From Mobula hypostoma (Eukaryota): a stretch of DNA of 64,000 nt. Of this stretch, positions 61,293-64,000 are shown one piece after another. The stretch is from positions 20,832,001 to 20,896,000 of the forward strand of contig NC_086108.1 of assembly GCF_963921235.1 (NCBI RefSeq). Reading direction: 5' to 3'. The notes below the pieces were generated by a model. It did not search any database. It saw only the letters and a program-made list of their open reading frames with translations, and was not told where the DNA came from. Every line of letters starts with the position of its first letter. Within the stretch, counting starts at the first letter, position 1. Made by a program: the position numbers and the translations under genes.

Positions 61293-64000
61293 GACCATAA
61301 GACATAGGAGCAGAAGTGGGCCATCTGGCCCATCAAGTCTGCTCCACCATTCAATCATGGCTGATCCTTTTTTTTCTGTCTCCTCCTCAACCCCAGTTCC
61401 CAGCCTTCTCCCCGTAACGTTTGATGCCATGTCCAATCAAGAACCTATCAATCTCTGCTTAAAATACACCCAACGACTTGGCCTCCACAGCTGCAGGTGG
61501 CAACAAATTTCACAAATTCACTACCCTTTGGCTATAGAAATTTCTCTGCATCTGTTTTGAAAGGGCACCCCTCTATCCTGAGGCTGTGCCCTCTTGTCCT
61601 AGACTCTCCTACCATGGAAAACATCCTTTTCACATCTACTTCTCTGTCTAGGCCTTTCAACATTCGAAAGGTTTCAATGAGATCCCTCCTCATCCTTCTG
61701 AATTCCAGTGAGTTCAGACCCAGAGCCACCAAACGTTCCTCGTATGATAACCCTTTCATTCCTAGAATCAACCTTGTGAACCTCCCCGGGACCCTCTCCA
61801 ATGCCAGCACATCTTTTCTAAGACGAGGGGCCCAAAACTGTTCACAATACTCAAGGTGAGGCCTCACCAGTGCCTTATAAAGCCTCAACATCACATCCTT
61901 GCTCTTGTATTCTAGATGTCTTGAAATGAATGCTAACATGGTATTTGCCTTCCTTACCACCAACTCAACCTGCAAGTTAACCTTCAGGGTGCTCTGCACA
62001 AAGACTCCCAAGTCCCTCTGCATCTCAAGATTCCTGGATTTTCTCCCCGTTTAGAAAATAGCCCGCACATTTGTTTCTACTACCAAAGTGCATGACCATG
62101 CATTTTCCAACATTGTATTTCATTTGTCACTTTCTTGCCCATTCTCCTAATCTGTCCAAGTTCTTCTGCATCTTACCTGTTTCCTCAACACTACCTCCCC
62201 CTCCACCAATCTTTGCATCATCTGCGAATTTAGCAACAAAGCCATCTATTCTATCATCTAAATCATTTACATACAGCATTAAAAGAAGTGGTCCCAACAC
62301 CAAACCCTGCAGAACACCACTAGTCACTGGCAGCCAACCAGAAAAGGATCCTTTTATTCCCATTCGCTGCCTCCTACCAATCAACCAATGCTCTAACCAT
62401 GTTCGTAACTTTCTTGTCATACCATGGGCTCTTAACTTGGTAAGCAACTTCATGTGTGGCACCTTGTCAAACGCCTCCTGAAAGTCCAAATATACAACAT
62501 CCACTGCATCCCCTTTATCTATCCTACTTATAAACTCCTCAAAGAATTCCAACAGGTTCGTCAGGCAGGATTTTCCCTGAAGGAAACCATGCTGACTTTG
62601 TACTATCTTGTCCTGTGTCACCAAGTACTCCATCACCTCCTTCTTAACAAATGACTCCAACATCTTCCCAACCACTGAGGTCAGGCTAACTGGTCTATAA
62701 TTTCCTTTCTGCTGTCTTCCTCCTTTCTTAAAGAGTGAAGTAACATTTGCAATTTTCCAGTCCTCGGCACCATGGCAGAGTCCAATGATTTTTGAAAATA
62801 ATTTCTAATGCCACTACAATCTCCGACGCTATCTCTTTCAGAACCCTAGGGTGCAGTTCCTCTGGTCTGGGTGACTTAGATTCTTTTGGGTCTTACAGCT
62901 TTTTGAGCACCTTCTCTCTTGTAACAGTAACTGCACCCATTTCTCTTCCTTCACACACTACAACATCAGGCATACTGCTTGTGCCTTCCACAGTGAAGCC
63001 TGACGCAAAATACTCATTTAGTTCAGCAGCCATCTCCTTGTCCTCCGTTATTATTTCTCCTGCCTCATTTTCTAGCAGTCCTATATCCTCTCTCATTTCT
63101 CTTTTATTTTTAAAATACTTGAAAAAACTTCTACTATTCACTTTGATATTATTTGCTAGCTTGCTTTCAAATTTCATCTTTTTGCTTCTAATGATATTTT
63201 CCAGTTGCTCTCTGTAGGTTTTTAAATACTTCACAATCCTCTATCTTCCCACTAATTTTTGCTTTGTTGTATGCCCTTTCTTTTGTTTTTACAATAGCTT
63301 TGACTTTCCTGTCAGCCACGGTTGTACTATTTTACCATTGGAGTATTTCTTCATTTTTGGAATACACATGTCCTGCACTTTCCTCACATTTCCCAGAAAT
63401 GCACGCTATTGCTGCTCTGCTGACATCCCTGCTAGCAGCTCCTTCCAATTTACTTTGGCCAACTCCTCTCTCATACCACTGTAATTTCCCTTACTCCACC
63501 GAAGTACTGCTACATCAGACTTTGCTTTCTCCCTATCAAAATTCAAGTTGAACACAGTCATATTGTGATCACTGGTTCCTAAGGGTTCTTTTACGTTATG
63601 CTCCCTAATTGCCTCCAGTTCATTACATAACACCCAATCCAGTATAGCTGATCCCCTAGTAGGCTCAACGACAAACTGCTCTAAAAAGCTATCTCTTAGG
63701 CATTCAACAAACTCACTCTCTTGAGATCCATTACCAACCTGATTTTCCCAATCAACCTGCATTTTAAAATCTCCCATGACTACCATAACATTGTCCTTTC
63801 GACTCGCCTTTTCTATTTCCTGTTGTAACCTTTGGTCTACCTCCCAGCCACTGTTGGGAGGCCTGTATATAACTGCCATCAATGTCCTTTTACCCTTTCA
63901 GTTTCTTAACTCAACCCACAAGGATTCAACATCTTCCGATCCTATGTCACATCTTTCTACTGATTGGGTGCCATTCTTTACCAGTAGAGCCATACAACCC
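61293..64000 (-). mobile_element. CR1 LINE ORF2, running off the window end
   Basis: IYRPPNS, MGDF, LGTSDHN, QHGF..GKSCLTNLLEFFE, KFADD, RPHLEYCEQFW; (TCTTATGG) tail. Confidence 0.93.

Overview
Repeat-saturated vertebrate genomic DNA, most likely from a cartilaginous fish (inferred from the CR1/Penelope/Rex1/V-SINE repertoire). The only host coding sequence I can support is two consecutive minus-strand exons of RALGPS2 (CDC25/RasGEF domain; 36566-36655 and 36364-36456). The rest appears to be two very large RALGPS2 introns packed with nested mobile elements. These include a chromoviral Gypsy (3513-9097), a BEL/Pao provirus with both LTRs and a TSD (26445-34675), Penelope-like elements carrying hammerhead ribozyme motifs, a full-length L1 and an ORF1-only L1 derivative, many CR1 and Rex1/Babar LINE fragments, Tc1/Tigger/hAT DNA elements, SINEs and a solo LTR. 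The most interesting signal is in the BEL/Pao element: it has no tRNA-type primer-binding site, but the 13 nt abutting its 5' LTR are perfectly complementary to the predicted transcript start inside the LTR. That is the geometry of Tf1/sushi self-priming, which the neighbouring Gypsy also shows. Coordinates were read by eye, so ends of old fragments are approximate.
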